In this document: piece by piece, positions 37,054-46,806 of the stretch
Position numbering within the stretch: position 1 is the stretch's first letter
How the letters are laid out: every line of letters starts with the position of its first letter
Assembly: GCA_002269645.1 (NCBI GenBank)
Contig: NIVC01000272.1
Span: 376,716-440,715 of the forward strand
From: Macrostomum lignano
Lineage: Eukaryota
DNA length: 64,000 nucleotides
Reading direction: 5' to 3'
Notes under the pieces: model-generated
Seen by the model: only the letters and a program-made list of their open reading frames with translations
What the model was told of the DNA's origin: nothing
Databases searched by the model: none
Position numbers and translations under genes: made by a program

Positions 37054-37273
37054 TGTAAGGCAAGATATGGTAGCGTGGTAGGGTAGTTTCGTAGGGCGTG
37101 TGCTATGTATGTAGGCGAGTAGTGGCATATATATATATACTATATATGTAGACTAATTGTAGTGGACTCGGGTGTTTCGATGGTTATTGTTTGTGATTGG
37201 TGCGTAGAAACAATGCTGTTTTCTATGTGGCCATAATTGGTGGAAGGTAGAGTCAATTGAGCTATGTGAATGT

Positions 37274-37875
37274 TTAGTAGCAAGAAGCAAAGTGGTCGTT
37301 GAGCGTTGTGATGAAGTAATTGTTGATACTTGCCGTTAGTAATGCTATGGGCCAAATGAGGTGTTGAACGGCTGTGTACTCCTGAGTGTTGGTCTCGTGA
37401 AGTAGGTTGAGGTAGATTTCCTCTGCAGGAAGGGCGTTTGTCGTCATGGCGTAATGTCGGGCCCGTTGAAACAAGAAGGTTAGCTGTGGCTGCCGGTTGT
37501 AGGGTATAGGCCACTCTCTGATGATCTGGGCAAGATCAGTTGTCCTTAAGTTGTTTAAGGTATCCGTCGTTAGCGTGATTATGTGGTCATTGTTGCCCGG
37601 GTGTCGATTAAGATTGGTTGAGCGCAGGTGACACACCTTGTAATGTTGTGTCACTGTATTGACATTACGCAGTCGTGGCATACTCAGTGCTTGTTTTCAC
37701 AGAGTTGCCTTTGTGGGACTTCGTTGCACACTTGGCAGTTGGTAGGTGGTGCTCGGCACAGGGGGCACTTGTCCATCAGTTCTGTAGTGCAGCAGAGGAA
37801 ACACAGCTTGTGTCCGTTCTGGCAGTAGACAAATGGTGTGATTTCTTCATCGTAGCACACGGGACATGTTTCCAT
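37274..37875 (-). pseudogene. Double-RING protein (type R2), premature stop at 37684
   Basis: CPVC..CQNGHKLCFLC..CPLCR, CQVC, WPIP, EEIY, QHLIWP. Confidence 0.85.
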
Positions 37876-37908
37876 CTGGGGAATAAGGGGAGGTACTGGT
37901 ATACTTTA

Positions 37909-38577
37909 TTAATCGACTTTGTCGTACGTATCGCCTTGCCAGGCTATTAGCTCGCTATACTTTAATAACATCGTAAAATCGGCATGCTTCTTAATAAGTA
38001 GGGGTATTATAGCACAGTGGAATGGAAGACTTGGCTGTTCGCATATTGATAGATACTGTAACAAACGTTGTTGAATTCGTTGTAACGGGAAGAGTATTAG
38101 TCGGTGTCTATTATGATGTGCGTACATAACGAGGTGCACATATGCGGAGCGAGAGTTTCTAGGAAGGGGCCACTTGTCTAGTCGGCGAATAACGTCTATT
38201 GGAGCGAGTTGATGCACTATGGATGCAGATAACTGAACCGTTTGTACCGGTTGTATACGTAAAAGTTGGTCGCGCATTTTTACCAGAGGAAAAGCATCAC
38301 ATTCAGGGCACAGAAGCACTGATCGCTTAGCTAATTTCTTGATGCAACGCATGCATAGAAAATGTTCATTGGTACAGAACTTGTAGGTGCGCCATGATGT
38401 ACAAATCATGCATTGGCGTAGAGCGCTTCGACACATGGGGCAATTTCGCCAGGGCTGGATATAATGAGCGTCACTGAGGCAAGTGCCGCATGTGCGGTGA
38501 TTATTTACACATATACATGGCGGTTTCTTCGGAAGGTTGTCGTCTAGACAGACAGGGCATTCGAATTTTTTAGCCAT
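37909..38577 (-). CDS. Double-RING protein (type R1), intact with all metal ligands, 222 aa
   Basis: CPVC..CICVNNHRTCGTC..CPMCR; CMIC..CTNEHFLCMRC..CPEC; KWPLP helical tail. Confidence 0.9.
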   Translation of the reverse strand: MAKKFECPVCLDDNLPKKPPCICVNNHRTCGTCLSDAHYIQPWRNCPMCRSALRQCMICTSWRTYKFCTNEHFLCMRCIKKLAKRSVLLCPECDAFPLVKMRDQLLRIQPVQTVQLSASIVHQLAPIDVIRRLDKWPLPRNSRSAYVHLVMYAHHNRHRLILFPLQRIQQRLLQYLSICEQPSLPFHCAIIPLLIKKHADFTMLLKYSELIAWQGDTYDKVD

Positions 38578-38682
38578 TATTGTGTTTCAGTTGCTATAGA
38601 TTTCTGTTGAGTCGCCTCTTACGACAAGCACAGTGAAGCTGTGGACTTATTCTTTCCCGAGTTCCACACGGGTGTTAGTAAT

Positions 38683-38997
38683 CTAGCGGGGTCTAAGGTT
38701 ATAGGGGTGGTTAGTTATGGGAGTGTCCGTAGTTTGTGTTTCAGCGTGAGAAGTAGCAATATGTTTAGACGGTCTTTTTGTGTGATTTTCATTGTTTAAA
38801 TTTGGCAGAAATGTAGAGTCTGTGTTGATGCGTTTCAGTCGATGAATGTGCACGTAGAACTGCGGCTGATGTCGATCTTGGACATTGGCCAGTTTGGCTG
38901 TGGTTGCCGAAGTCAGTGCTGATACACGAAATGGTCCTTTGTACTTTTGTGCGTGTTTGTGCGTCTGTTGTGCTGGATAGTGCAAATAGACCATATC
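38683..38997 (-). pseudogene. pol: Integrase C-terminal segment (third tandem copy)
   Basis: MVYLHYP..KGPFRV..YNLRPR, matching the ends of the pol copies at 40544 and 46807. Confidence 0.95.
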
Positions 38998-39005
38998 GGA
39001 TCACA

Positions 39006-40360
39006 AAACTCGGGTCACAAAGGGGGAGCTCCCCCGTGGGGGCACAGGAGGGCGACCCGACGGCAGACATTGAGTCCTGTGCCCCCACCTCGCACGCTAG
39101 TTTTTTGAAAATTGGCCCGGGTCCCCATCAGCGTGGGCTCGGGCTTCAGAGTGCGGCTGTGAGCACCTGCGGCACTGATGGGCGAAGCGGCAGTGAGTTC
39201 TGTTGCAGCCGCTAAGACTGTTGAAGTCGAAACAGACAGGTGGCTGCGTTCGCTTTTTAGGCGCTGTTGCGTTTATCATTTTTGTTGGTGCCATCAAGTG
39301 TGTTGCCACCAGACCCAGGTCTGCGCTAACAGCGCTCCACCGCGTTCCATCATGCTGGAGAAGCCGACATTCGTCATCATATCTCATGACTTTAGTGCGA
39401 TCGAAGCCTAAATCTAGCAGGTCACCAATTCTAGCGTTATGTCGGAGATGATCGATCAACTCGGATGAATCGATTCTGCCATCAACAATGCGCAGCAGTT
39501 TGCCATCACGCAGCATTTGCACCAGTAAGTTACAGCTACCGGAGATGAAATCGCCAAACGACAGTGACTCGGGACTGACGTGTCTCAACCTCTCTGGCTT
39601 TGCCGCTCCCACAACAGACTGGCTTCCTTGTCTCCGCTTACGCTCACTGATAAAATCAACGACTCTGTACACCGCCGGCGCCTGAGCATGCGAAGTTGCA
39701 GCCCCAGCCTGCCCGAGTATACACTCGCCAACCAAATCATGCCACTCACCGGGAGTCTGATCACGTTCTCTCGCAGCCGCCGTGCCACTGTGACGCGCTT
39801 CAGCGAGCTCGGCTTCGAGCTGAGCCTCTCTTTTTTTCAGGTCCAGCAGCCGAATGCGCAGTTCAGTCTCTCGCAGCTGATCCTCGAGACCGCCTCCCGT
39901 CGCCGCCCGACCCTCGGCCGAGGCGCCCACCGCCGGAAGCATCTCGTCCTCAGGTGGAGCCAGACTTAGCTCGGGTGCGCCCGCATTCGTCGGTGATGTC
40001 TTGTCATCTTGAGCACGACGAGATGAGCTTCTGTCCTGCTCCAACGCCTGCCGCTCAAGCTCCTTGGCAATGCTGAGTTTTAGAGGACTTGTTAGCTCTT
40101 GCTTATTGCCATTAGTAGGCAGGCCGCGCTCACTAAGGGCTTCTCGTAGCGCTTTGTTAGTTGCGGGCAGTACAAGGCTATCTGCCATGATTCAGCAAAA
40201 AAAATTCAACCGCGAGCAACCCCGCGCAGCCACAAAGGTGGCGGCCTAAAAAGGCACGCGCACGCACCAACGCACCCACCACCCCACCAGACAGCCAGCA
40301 CCCAAACAGCCCCCCTGCACTAACAGCGGTTAGCCCTCGCGGGCTCGCGCAAACCGATGC
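39006..40360 (-). mobile_element. 5' partial duplicate of the Ngaro element (A repeat, ORF1 39097-40188, first ~80 nt of ORF2)
   Basis: Near-identical to 45270-46623. Confidence 0.95.
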
Positions 40361-40543
40361 ATTATTTACACATATACATGGCGGTTTCTTCGGAAGGTTG
40401 TCGTCTAGACAGACAGGGCATTCGAATTTTTTAGCCATTATTGTGTTTCAGTTGCTATAGATTTCTGTTGAGTCGCCTCTTACGACAAGCACAGTGAAGC
40501 TGTGGACTTATTCTTTCCCGAGTTCCACACGGGTGTTAGTAAT

Positions 40544-42319
40544 CTAGCGGGGTCTAAGGTTATAGGGGTGGTTAGTTATGGGAGTGTCCGTAGTTTGTGT
40601 TTCAGCGTGAGAAGTAGCAATATGTTTAGACGGTCTTTTTGTGTGATTTTCATTGTTTAAATTTGGCAGAAATGTAGAGTCTGTGTTGATGCGTTTCAGT
40701 CGATGAATGTGCACGTAGAACTGCGGCTGATGTCGATCTTGGACATTGGCCAGTTTGGCTGTGGTTGCCGAAGTCAGTGCTGATACACGAAATGGTCCTT
40801 TGTACTTTTGTGCGTGTTTGTGCGTCTGTTGTGCTGGATAGTGCAAATAGACCATATCTCCGACTTGTAGCGTAGATGCGTTGTTGGTTGTTTTCGATGT
40901 TACCGTCTGGTTGTCAAGATTGTGTTTGGCAATTTGCCAAGCCAGGTGTAGTCTTGTTGCGAAGGTCTGGAGTGTCGACGGTGTTTCCACGTACTGAGAT
41001 GGTAGTAATTGTTTTGCGAGTAGGCTGGGCGGTTGAAAATCTCGAGCGAACATCAAGAAGAATGGCGTGTTATCCGTTGACCGATGTCTCGCGCTGTTGT
41101 ATGCCATTGTTACCGCTTTCAAGTAGATGATCCAATCTTCTGGTTGCTTGTAGACATAGTGGGTCAGCATTTCGTGTAGATTGCGGTGAAATCTTTCTAC
41201 TAAGTTTGCTTTGGGGTTGTAGGTAGACGTATATATTTGTTGTATGTTAAGCAGTTTTGCAGCCTGTTGAAATAGTTGTGAGGTGAACTGCGTTCCGTTG
41301 TCGGTGGTTAGAGTCTTGGGTGTTCCATACATACAGACAATCTCGTTGTAGAACGCCATAGCTACTGTTTCGGCGGTAATGTTCGGCAGTGGAATTGCTA
41401 CAGCGAATTTCGAGAAGACGTCGAGAGCGGTGAGGATGTATGTGTAGTTGATCGAGTGTTGTCGTGCGGCAGGTAGTGGTCCCGAAATGTCGAGGGAGAC
41501 GGTATCCCATGTTGTTGTTTTCGGTACTGTTTGTAGTTGTGGCTTTTGGCGTCGTCCCGTTTTTGCGGCTGCGCATGAGTGGCATTCGTAGCAATATTTG
41601 CTGATGTCTTTGGTCATTGTCGGCCAAAAGTAGAATTTTGTCACTCGTTCGATTGTCTTCTTAGCGGAAAGGTGTCCGGCTAATGGCATGTCGTGCAATT
41701 CTTGCAAGATAGCGGCTCGAAACAAATATGGCAGATAGATTCGCGGAATATTGTCACAGATCCAATAAAGGATTGATTCTTTGAAGATTAGGTTGTCGCT
41801 CTGTTTTTTAAGGAATTTTCTTTCTTGTTTTGTTAATTTGGCGTGCTTGGCGTCGTCGTTGTTTTGTGCGGCTTTGTAGAAGTTGTCGTCTTGCTGTGCC
41901 GTAATCAGTTCTTGCATTTTCGGAATCGGATGGATAGCGTTGACTTCGTAAGCTCTGGAGAGTGCGTCTGCTGCTTTGTTGAGTGGTCCCGGTTTGTAGG
42001 CTAGTTGGAAGTTGTAATCCTGAATTTTGAGTGTCATTCGGATGAGGCGGTTGTTAGTCTGTCCTTTCGTCATGACAATGTGTGTCAGCGGTGCATGGTC
42101 GGTTCTGAAAATTGTCGGTAATGGAGAACCGTAGATGTAGTAGTGAAACTGTCGTAGTGCGAACAGGATTCCAAGTAATTCTCTTTCTGTGGCGGACCAT
42201 TTGGTTTCGTTTAGTCGTAGAGCTCGACTGATGTAGACGATGGGTTTTTCGACTTGTCTTTCCGTTTCTTGCAGTAGAACTGCGCCTAGTCCACTTCCTG
42301 AGGCGTCGGTTTCAATGAT
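40544..42319 (-). pseudogene. pol: Duplicated Gypsy RNase H-integrase
   Basis: IETDASGSGLGAVL, TDHAPL, LDISGPL, DNGTQF; near-identical to 46807-48577. Confidence 0.95.
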
Positions 42320-42656
42320 CAACCGCGAGCAACCCCGCGCAGCCACAAAGGTGGCGGCCTAAAAAGGCACGCGCACGCACCAACGCACCCACCACCCCAC
42401 CAGACAGCCAGCACCCAAACAGCCCCCCTGCACTAACAGCGGTTAGCCCTCGCGGGCTCGCGCAAACCGATGCATTAGTGAAGGGGAGGCAAAGACAAAG
42501 ACAAACCGAGTGCGGCGATGGAGAGGCAGCGAAAAGCCAGAGGATGCAACCCCAAGGCCAAACAAACAAATGAATGAACGAAGGAGAGAATTTACGAAAC
42601 GGCGGAAATAAGGCTGGGGATAAGAACGGAAATAAAACTTTGAACACAAGCAAAAG

Positions 42657-43703
42657 TTATTCAAAGGCAACCTCGTTAAAAGCACCAGCAAAACGCGAAC
42701 CAGCCCGCACAGAATCAGCAGATGGAAGGTAGGCAGTCACAGCATCACTTCGCCAGTCACCGATGCACTTCACCTCTTGAACAGATAGTCCGAGACGGTA
42801 GGCCCAGGTGGCACCACCTCTGCGCAGGCTGTGCGCTGAGAAAGAACGAGCGTCCTGCTCAGCCGTTGCTAGGCAGCGCTTGAGGAACCTGTCGAATCTT
42901 GAGGCAGACAGGACAACAGAGGATCCGCTCGCCAACTGGTAGGAGAACACAGGCTGCCTGCAGCCAAGCTTGCTGACACGGAGGTGACCCTCTAGCGCAG
43001 CCACTGGGCAAAGCGGATGTCCTTCTTTTAGCCTTGGAAGCAACACCCGGTGCAGCTTCGCGCCGAACTGATTCGTTTTGCCATAACTGACAGAGAGCAC
43101 AACCCCCTTCGGGTGGCGTTGAAAGGCTGAGACGGAAATCGGTGAAGCGGACTGCTGGCTGGGCAGGAGACTGGAGCGCCGAAACATCCCCCACCAAGCA
43201 ATAAGCGTCACAAGCCAGCAGACTCTGTCAAGCGAACTGCTCGAGTTAAGCCGGTTTTTCACAGACAGCAGCATCGCAGGCGAGATCGGCAGCTTCCGTC
43301 TTGGTCGCTGGCCCATCCTCCGTTTAGCGCCGCGAACGAGCAGTGAGACCAGGTGGTGTTTTGTTAGGTCCTCAGCACCACAGGCTTTGAACCAGCTGGA
43401 CAGTGCACTGACATGGACACGCAGACTGTTGAACGATCTCAGGCGGCATTCGACTAGGTGAGCCAGGTAGTTGAGTAGCACCGACCGGTCGGATCGAGCC
43501 GGGTTGGTCCCGTTCTCGTTGCAGAAGCTGTGCCAGGACCGGACGGCCGATGAGATCGCCCTGCGTGACTGCGGTGCGTATGCTGCGGCGAGGAGGCTGG
43601 AGGCGGCGGCGCCGAGGGTCGGCGTTGCAGGGAGGCGGCCTGTGAAAATAAAAAACGGGAGGCAAAAACAGAAAACGCGTGATCCGAAAACTCCACAGGG
43701 CAA
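42657..43703 (-). CDS. Tyrosine recombinase (ORF3)
   Basis: GMFRRS, GKTNQFG, CPVAAL, SAHSLRRGGAT, IGDWRSDAVTAY. Confidence 0.95.
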   Translation of the reverse strand: MPCGVFGSRVFCFCLPFFIFTGRLPATPTLGAAASSLLAAAYAPQSRRAISSAVRSWHSFCNENGTNPARSDRSVLLNYLAHLVECRLRSFNSLRVHVSALSSWFKACGAEDLTKHHLVSLLVRGAKRRMGQRPRRKLPISPAMLLSVKNRLNSSSSLDRVCWLVTLIAWWGMFRRSSLLPSQQSASPISVSAFQRHPKGVVLSVSYGKTNQFGAKLHRVLLPRLKEGHPLCPVAALEGHLRVSKLGCRQPVFSYQLASGSSVVLSASRFDRFLKRCLATAEQDARSFSAHSLRRGGATWAYRLGLSVQEVKCIGDWRSDAVTAYLPSADSVRAGSRFAGAFNEVAFE

Positions 43704-45352
43704 ACTGGTACAGACCCGTAAACACGGAAAATAAAATTAAGCAACTCATGACGCGAGTGCAGGCGGGACCCTGCATCAGCAAACAGCTGATAAGCACCAG
43801 GAACGTGAAAGACCTCAAAATCAACGTCAAAACGCAGACAGAGCAACGCCACAGACTGCAGCAACCACATCAGACGCGAGTCCTTGGAGACACCTCGCCT
43901 TAGAATCCAACACGCCGTCTCATTGTCGCAGTACACAGCAAGCCGACAACCAGCCAAGGATTGGCCCCATCTCAAAACAGCCAGCAATATAACCACAGCC
44001 TCCTTGTAATTGATGCAGTAATTCTGAAAAACACCATTTGCGTCGATCTGCCAGTCAATAAAGCACCAATCACGAATCCCATCACCGTCACGGAGCACCG
44101 CCGCGGCGCCTGAAGACGACGAGTCAGTCTCTATGGCAACACAAGCCCTCGGCGAAGTCCACAGGCCAACACCGATGCGATGCTGCAAAGCCAACCGCCA
44201 CCAGGAGAGGTGGTGCACCATGGAGGGACTAACAAGAACCCTGTCATGAGGCCGATGCAGCTTGTTAACAATGTCGATAAGAGGTCGGAGGAAAACTCTC
44301 CCGTGCCGAACAACTTGCGACGCCCAGTTTAACTTGCCGATCAACTTCTGCAAACACGACTTTGACAGCCTTTTCTTCGAAGAGCAGAGAGATAAAACAT
44401 GCAACAAGTCTTGGACTTTTTCGGCAGGAAGAGACATCTGGCCTGCCACGCTATCAAATAAAATGCCCAGAAAGGTCATCCGCGTTGTCGGCGGAACACA
44501 CTTGCTACGGTTAACGGTGAAGCCTAGCCGCTCGAGCAGATCGATGAGATGGTTGTAGAACTTCCAGCAGGACTCCAGATCTCCACAAAAGGCGAAGTCA
44601 TCCATGTAGGCCTCCATAGCGTAGAAACCATGCTTCAACATCATAAAACGCACAGCTTGGCTCAGCTCGTAAAAGCAGAAGACGGAAGCCGAAGCACCAA
44701 ACGGGAGCCGCGTGTCGTACAGGTACACTGGCTGGCCCTCGCCTTGGAGCTGAATCTTCATGCCTGTGACCCGGTGGTCATCAGGGTGCACACCACATGA
44801 ACGATATGCTTGCGACAGATCCACTTTGCACATGTACGCGCCGCTGTACAGCTTCGAGGCAAAGTTGCTGGCCGAAGTAAAACGCAACTTCCGTTTCGAC
44901 TCAAAGAAATCATTCACAGAGGCGCCAGTTGGCAGGCTGCAGTCGTGAATAAGGCGGATGGAAGACGAATCCGCCTTAGGGATCGCACCAAGTGCACTAA
45001 CGATGAGCGGCCGATTGCCTGCCTGGCAGCGCCTGTAGCGGTCCTGCTTGAGCTCCTGGCGCACCTGGGCCTCAACAGCTTGCTGGTGAATGGTAGCTGA
45101 TCTGTGATTTGCCATCTCAGTGTGGTTCTTACAATCCATCACTTTATTAGTAATTCGAAAGCCATTCTTCACACCATCGAGCACGAACCTGACACGGTCC
45201 TCCGGCATCTCGGTCCCAGCCAGCTCTTCCCGCCAAACCGCAAACACAAGGTCGCTCGACAACTCAGTTGAACTCGGGTCACAAAGGGGGAGCTCCCCCG
45301 TGGGGGCACAGGAGGGCGACCCGACGGCAGACATTGAGTCCTGTGCCCCCAC
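43454..45352 (-). CDS. DIRS-type RT-RNase H (ORF2)
   Basis: RLIHDCS, VDLSQAYR, LPFG, YMDDF, IETDSS, YKEA, YCDN, HVPG..ADAGSR. Confidence 0.95.
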   Translation of the reverse strand: MGAQDSMSAVGSPSCAPTGELPLCDPSSTELSSDLVFAVWREELAGTEMPEDRVRFVLDGVKNGFRITNKVMDCKNHTEMANHRSATIHQQAVEAQVRQELKQDRYRRCQAGNRPLIVSALGAIPKADSSSIRLIHDCSLPTGASVNDFFESKRKLRFTSASNFASKLYSGAYMCKVDLSQAYRSCGVHPDDHRVTGMKIQLQGEGQPVYLYDTRLPFGASASVFCFYELSQAVRFMMLKHGFYAMEAYMDDFAFCGDLESCWKFYNHLIDLLERLGFTVNRSKCVPPTTRMTFLGILFDSVAGQMSLPAEKVQDLLHVLSLCSSKKRLSKSCLQKLIGKLNWASQVVRHGRVFLRPLIDIVNKLHRPHDRVLVSPSMVHHLSWWRLALQHRIGVGLWTSPRACVAIETDSSSSGAAAVLRDGDGIRDWCFIDWQIDANGVFQNYCINYKEAVVILLAVLRWGQSLAGCRLAVYCDNETACWILRRGVSKDSRLMWLLQSVALLCLRFDVDFEVFHVPGAYQLFADAGSRLHSRHELLNFIFRVYGSVPVCPVEFSDHAFSVFASRFLFSQAASLQRRPSAPPPPASSPQHTHRSHAGRSHRPSGPGTASATRTGPTRLDPTGRCYSTTWLT

Positions 45353-45360
45353 CTCGCACG

Positions 45361-46452
45361 CTAGTTTTTTGAAAATTGGCCCGGGTCCCCATCAGCGTGG
45401 GCTCGGGCTTCAGAGTGCGGCTGTGAGCACCTGCGGCACTGATGGGCGAAGCGGCAGTGAGTTCTGTTGCAGCCGCTAAGACTGTTGAAGTCGAAACAGA
45501 CAGGTGGCTGCGTTCGCTTTTTAGGCGCTGTTGCGTTTATCATTTTTGTTGGTGCCATCAAGTGTGTTGCCACCAGACCCAGGTCTGCGCTAACAGCGCT
45601 CCACCGCGTTCCATCATGCTGGAGAAGCCGACATTCGTCATCATATCTCATGACTTTAGTGCGATCGAAGCCTAAATCTAGCAGGTCACCAATTCTAGCG
45701 TTATGTCGGAGATGATCGATCAACTCGGATGAATCGATTCTGCCATCAACAATGCGCAGCAGTTTGCCATCACGCAGCATTTGCACCAGTAAGTTACAGC
45801 TACCGGAGATGAAATCGCCAAACGACAGTGACTCGGGACTGACGTGTCTCAACCTCTCTGGCTTTGCCGCTCCCACAACAGACTGGCTTCCTTGTCTCCG
45901 CTTACGCTCACTGATAAAATCAACGACTCTGTACACCGCCGGCGCCTGAGCATGCGAAGTTGCAGCCCCAGCCTGCCCGAGTATACACTCGCCAACCAAA
46001 TCATGCCACTCACCGGGAGTCTGATCACGTTCTCTCGCAGCCGCCGTGCCACTGTGACGCGCTTCAGCGAGCTCGGCTTCGAGCTGAGCCTCTCTTTTTT
46101 TCAGGTCCAGCAGCCGAATGCGCAGTTCAGTCTCTCGCAGCTGATCCTCGAGACCGCCTCCCGTCGCCGCCCGACCCTCGGCCGAGGCGCCCACCGCCGG
46201 TAGCATCTCGTCCTCAGGTGGAGCCAGACTTAGCTCGGGTGCGCCCGCATTCGTCGGTGATGTCTTGTCATCTTGAGCACGACGAGATGAGCTTCTGTCC
46301 TGCTCCAACGCCTGCCGCTCAAGCTCCTTGGCAATGCTGAGTTTTAGACGACTTGTTAGCTCTTGCTTATTGCCATTAGTAGGCAGGCCGCGCTCACTAA
46401 GGGCTTCTCGTAGCGCTTTGTTAGTTGCGGGCAGTACAAGGCTATCTGCCAT
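45361..46452 (-). CDS. Gag-like ORF1 with SAP domain and CCCH/CCHC fingers
   Basis: LREALSERGLPTNGNKQEL..RL; CFDFNSLSGC..CRFAHQC..C..H. Confidence 0.85.
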   Translation of the reverse strand: MADSLVLPATNKALREALSERGLPTNGNKQELTSRLKLSIAKELERQALEQDRSSSRRAQDDKTSPTNAGAPELSLAPPEDEMLPAVGASAEGRAATGGGLEDQLRETELRIRLLDLKKREAQLEAELAEARHSGTAAARERDQTPGEWHDLVGECILGQAGAATSHAQAPAVYRVVDFISERKRRQGSQSVVGAAKPERLRHVSPESLSFGDFISGSCNLLVQMLRDGKLLRIVDGRIDSSELIDHLRHNARIGDLLDLGFDRTKVMRYDDECRLLQHDGTRWSAVSADLGLVATHLMAPTKMINATAPKKRTQPPVCFDFNSLSGCNRTHCRFAHQCRRCSQPHSEARAHADGDPGQFSKN

Positions 46453-46806
46453 GATTCAGCAAAAAAATTCAACCGCGAGCAACCCCGCGCAGCCACAAAG
46501 GTGGCGGCCTAAAAAGGCACGCGCACGCACCAACGCACCCACCACCCCACCAGACAGCCAGCACCCAAACAGCCCCCCTGCACTAACAGCGGTTAGCCCT
46601 CGCGGGCTCGCGCAAACCGATGCATTATTTACACATATACATGGCGGTTTCTTCGGAAGGTTGTCGTCTAGACAGACAGGGCATTCGAATTTTTTAGCCA
46701 TTATTGTGTTTCAGTTGCTATAGATTTCTGTTGAGTCGCCTCTTACGACAAGCACAGTGAAGCTGTGGACTTATTCTTTCCCGAGTTCCACACGGGTGTT
46801 AGTAAT

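Larger units (their letters stand above)
42320..46623 (-). mobile_element. Ngaro-type (DIRS order) tyrosine-recombinase retrotransposon
   Basis: Layout is A1 (46623-46453), ORF1, RT/RH, YR, B, A2 (42473-42320), i.e. split direct repeats; B2 is missing. Inserted after TAAT in an R1 gene. Confidence 0.92.

Noticed and set aside
43679-46340. Many short plus-strand ORFs opposite Ngaro and Gypsy genes
   Set aside because: Antisense shadows of GC-rich coding sequence.
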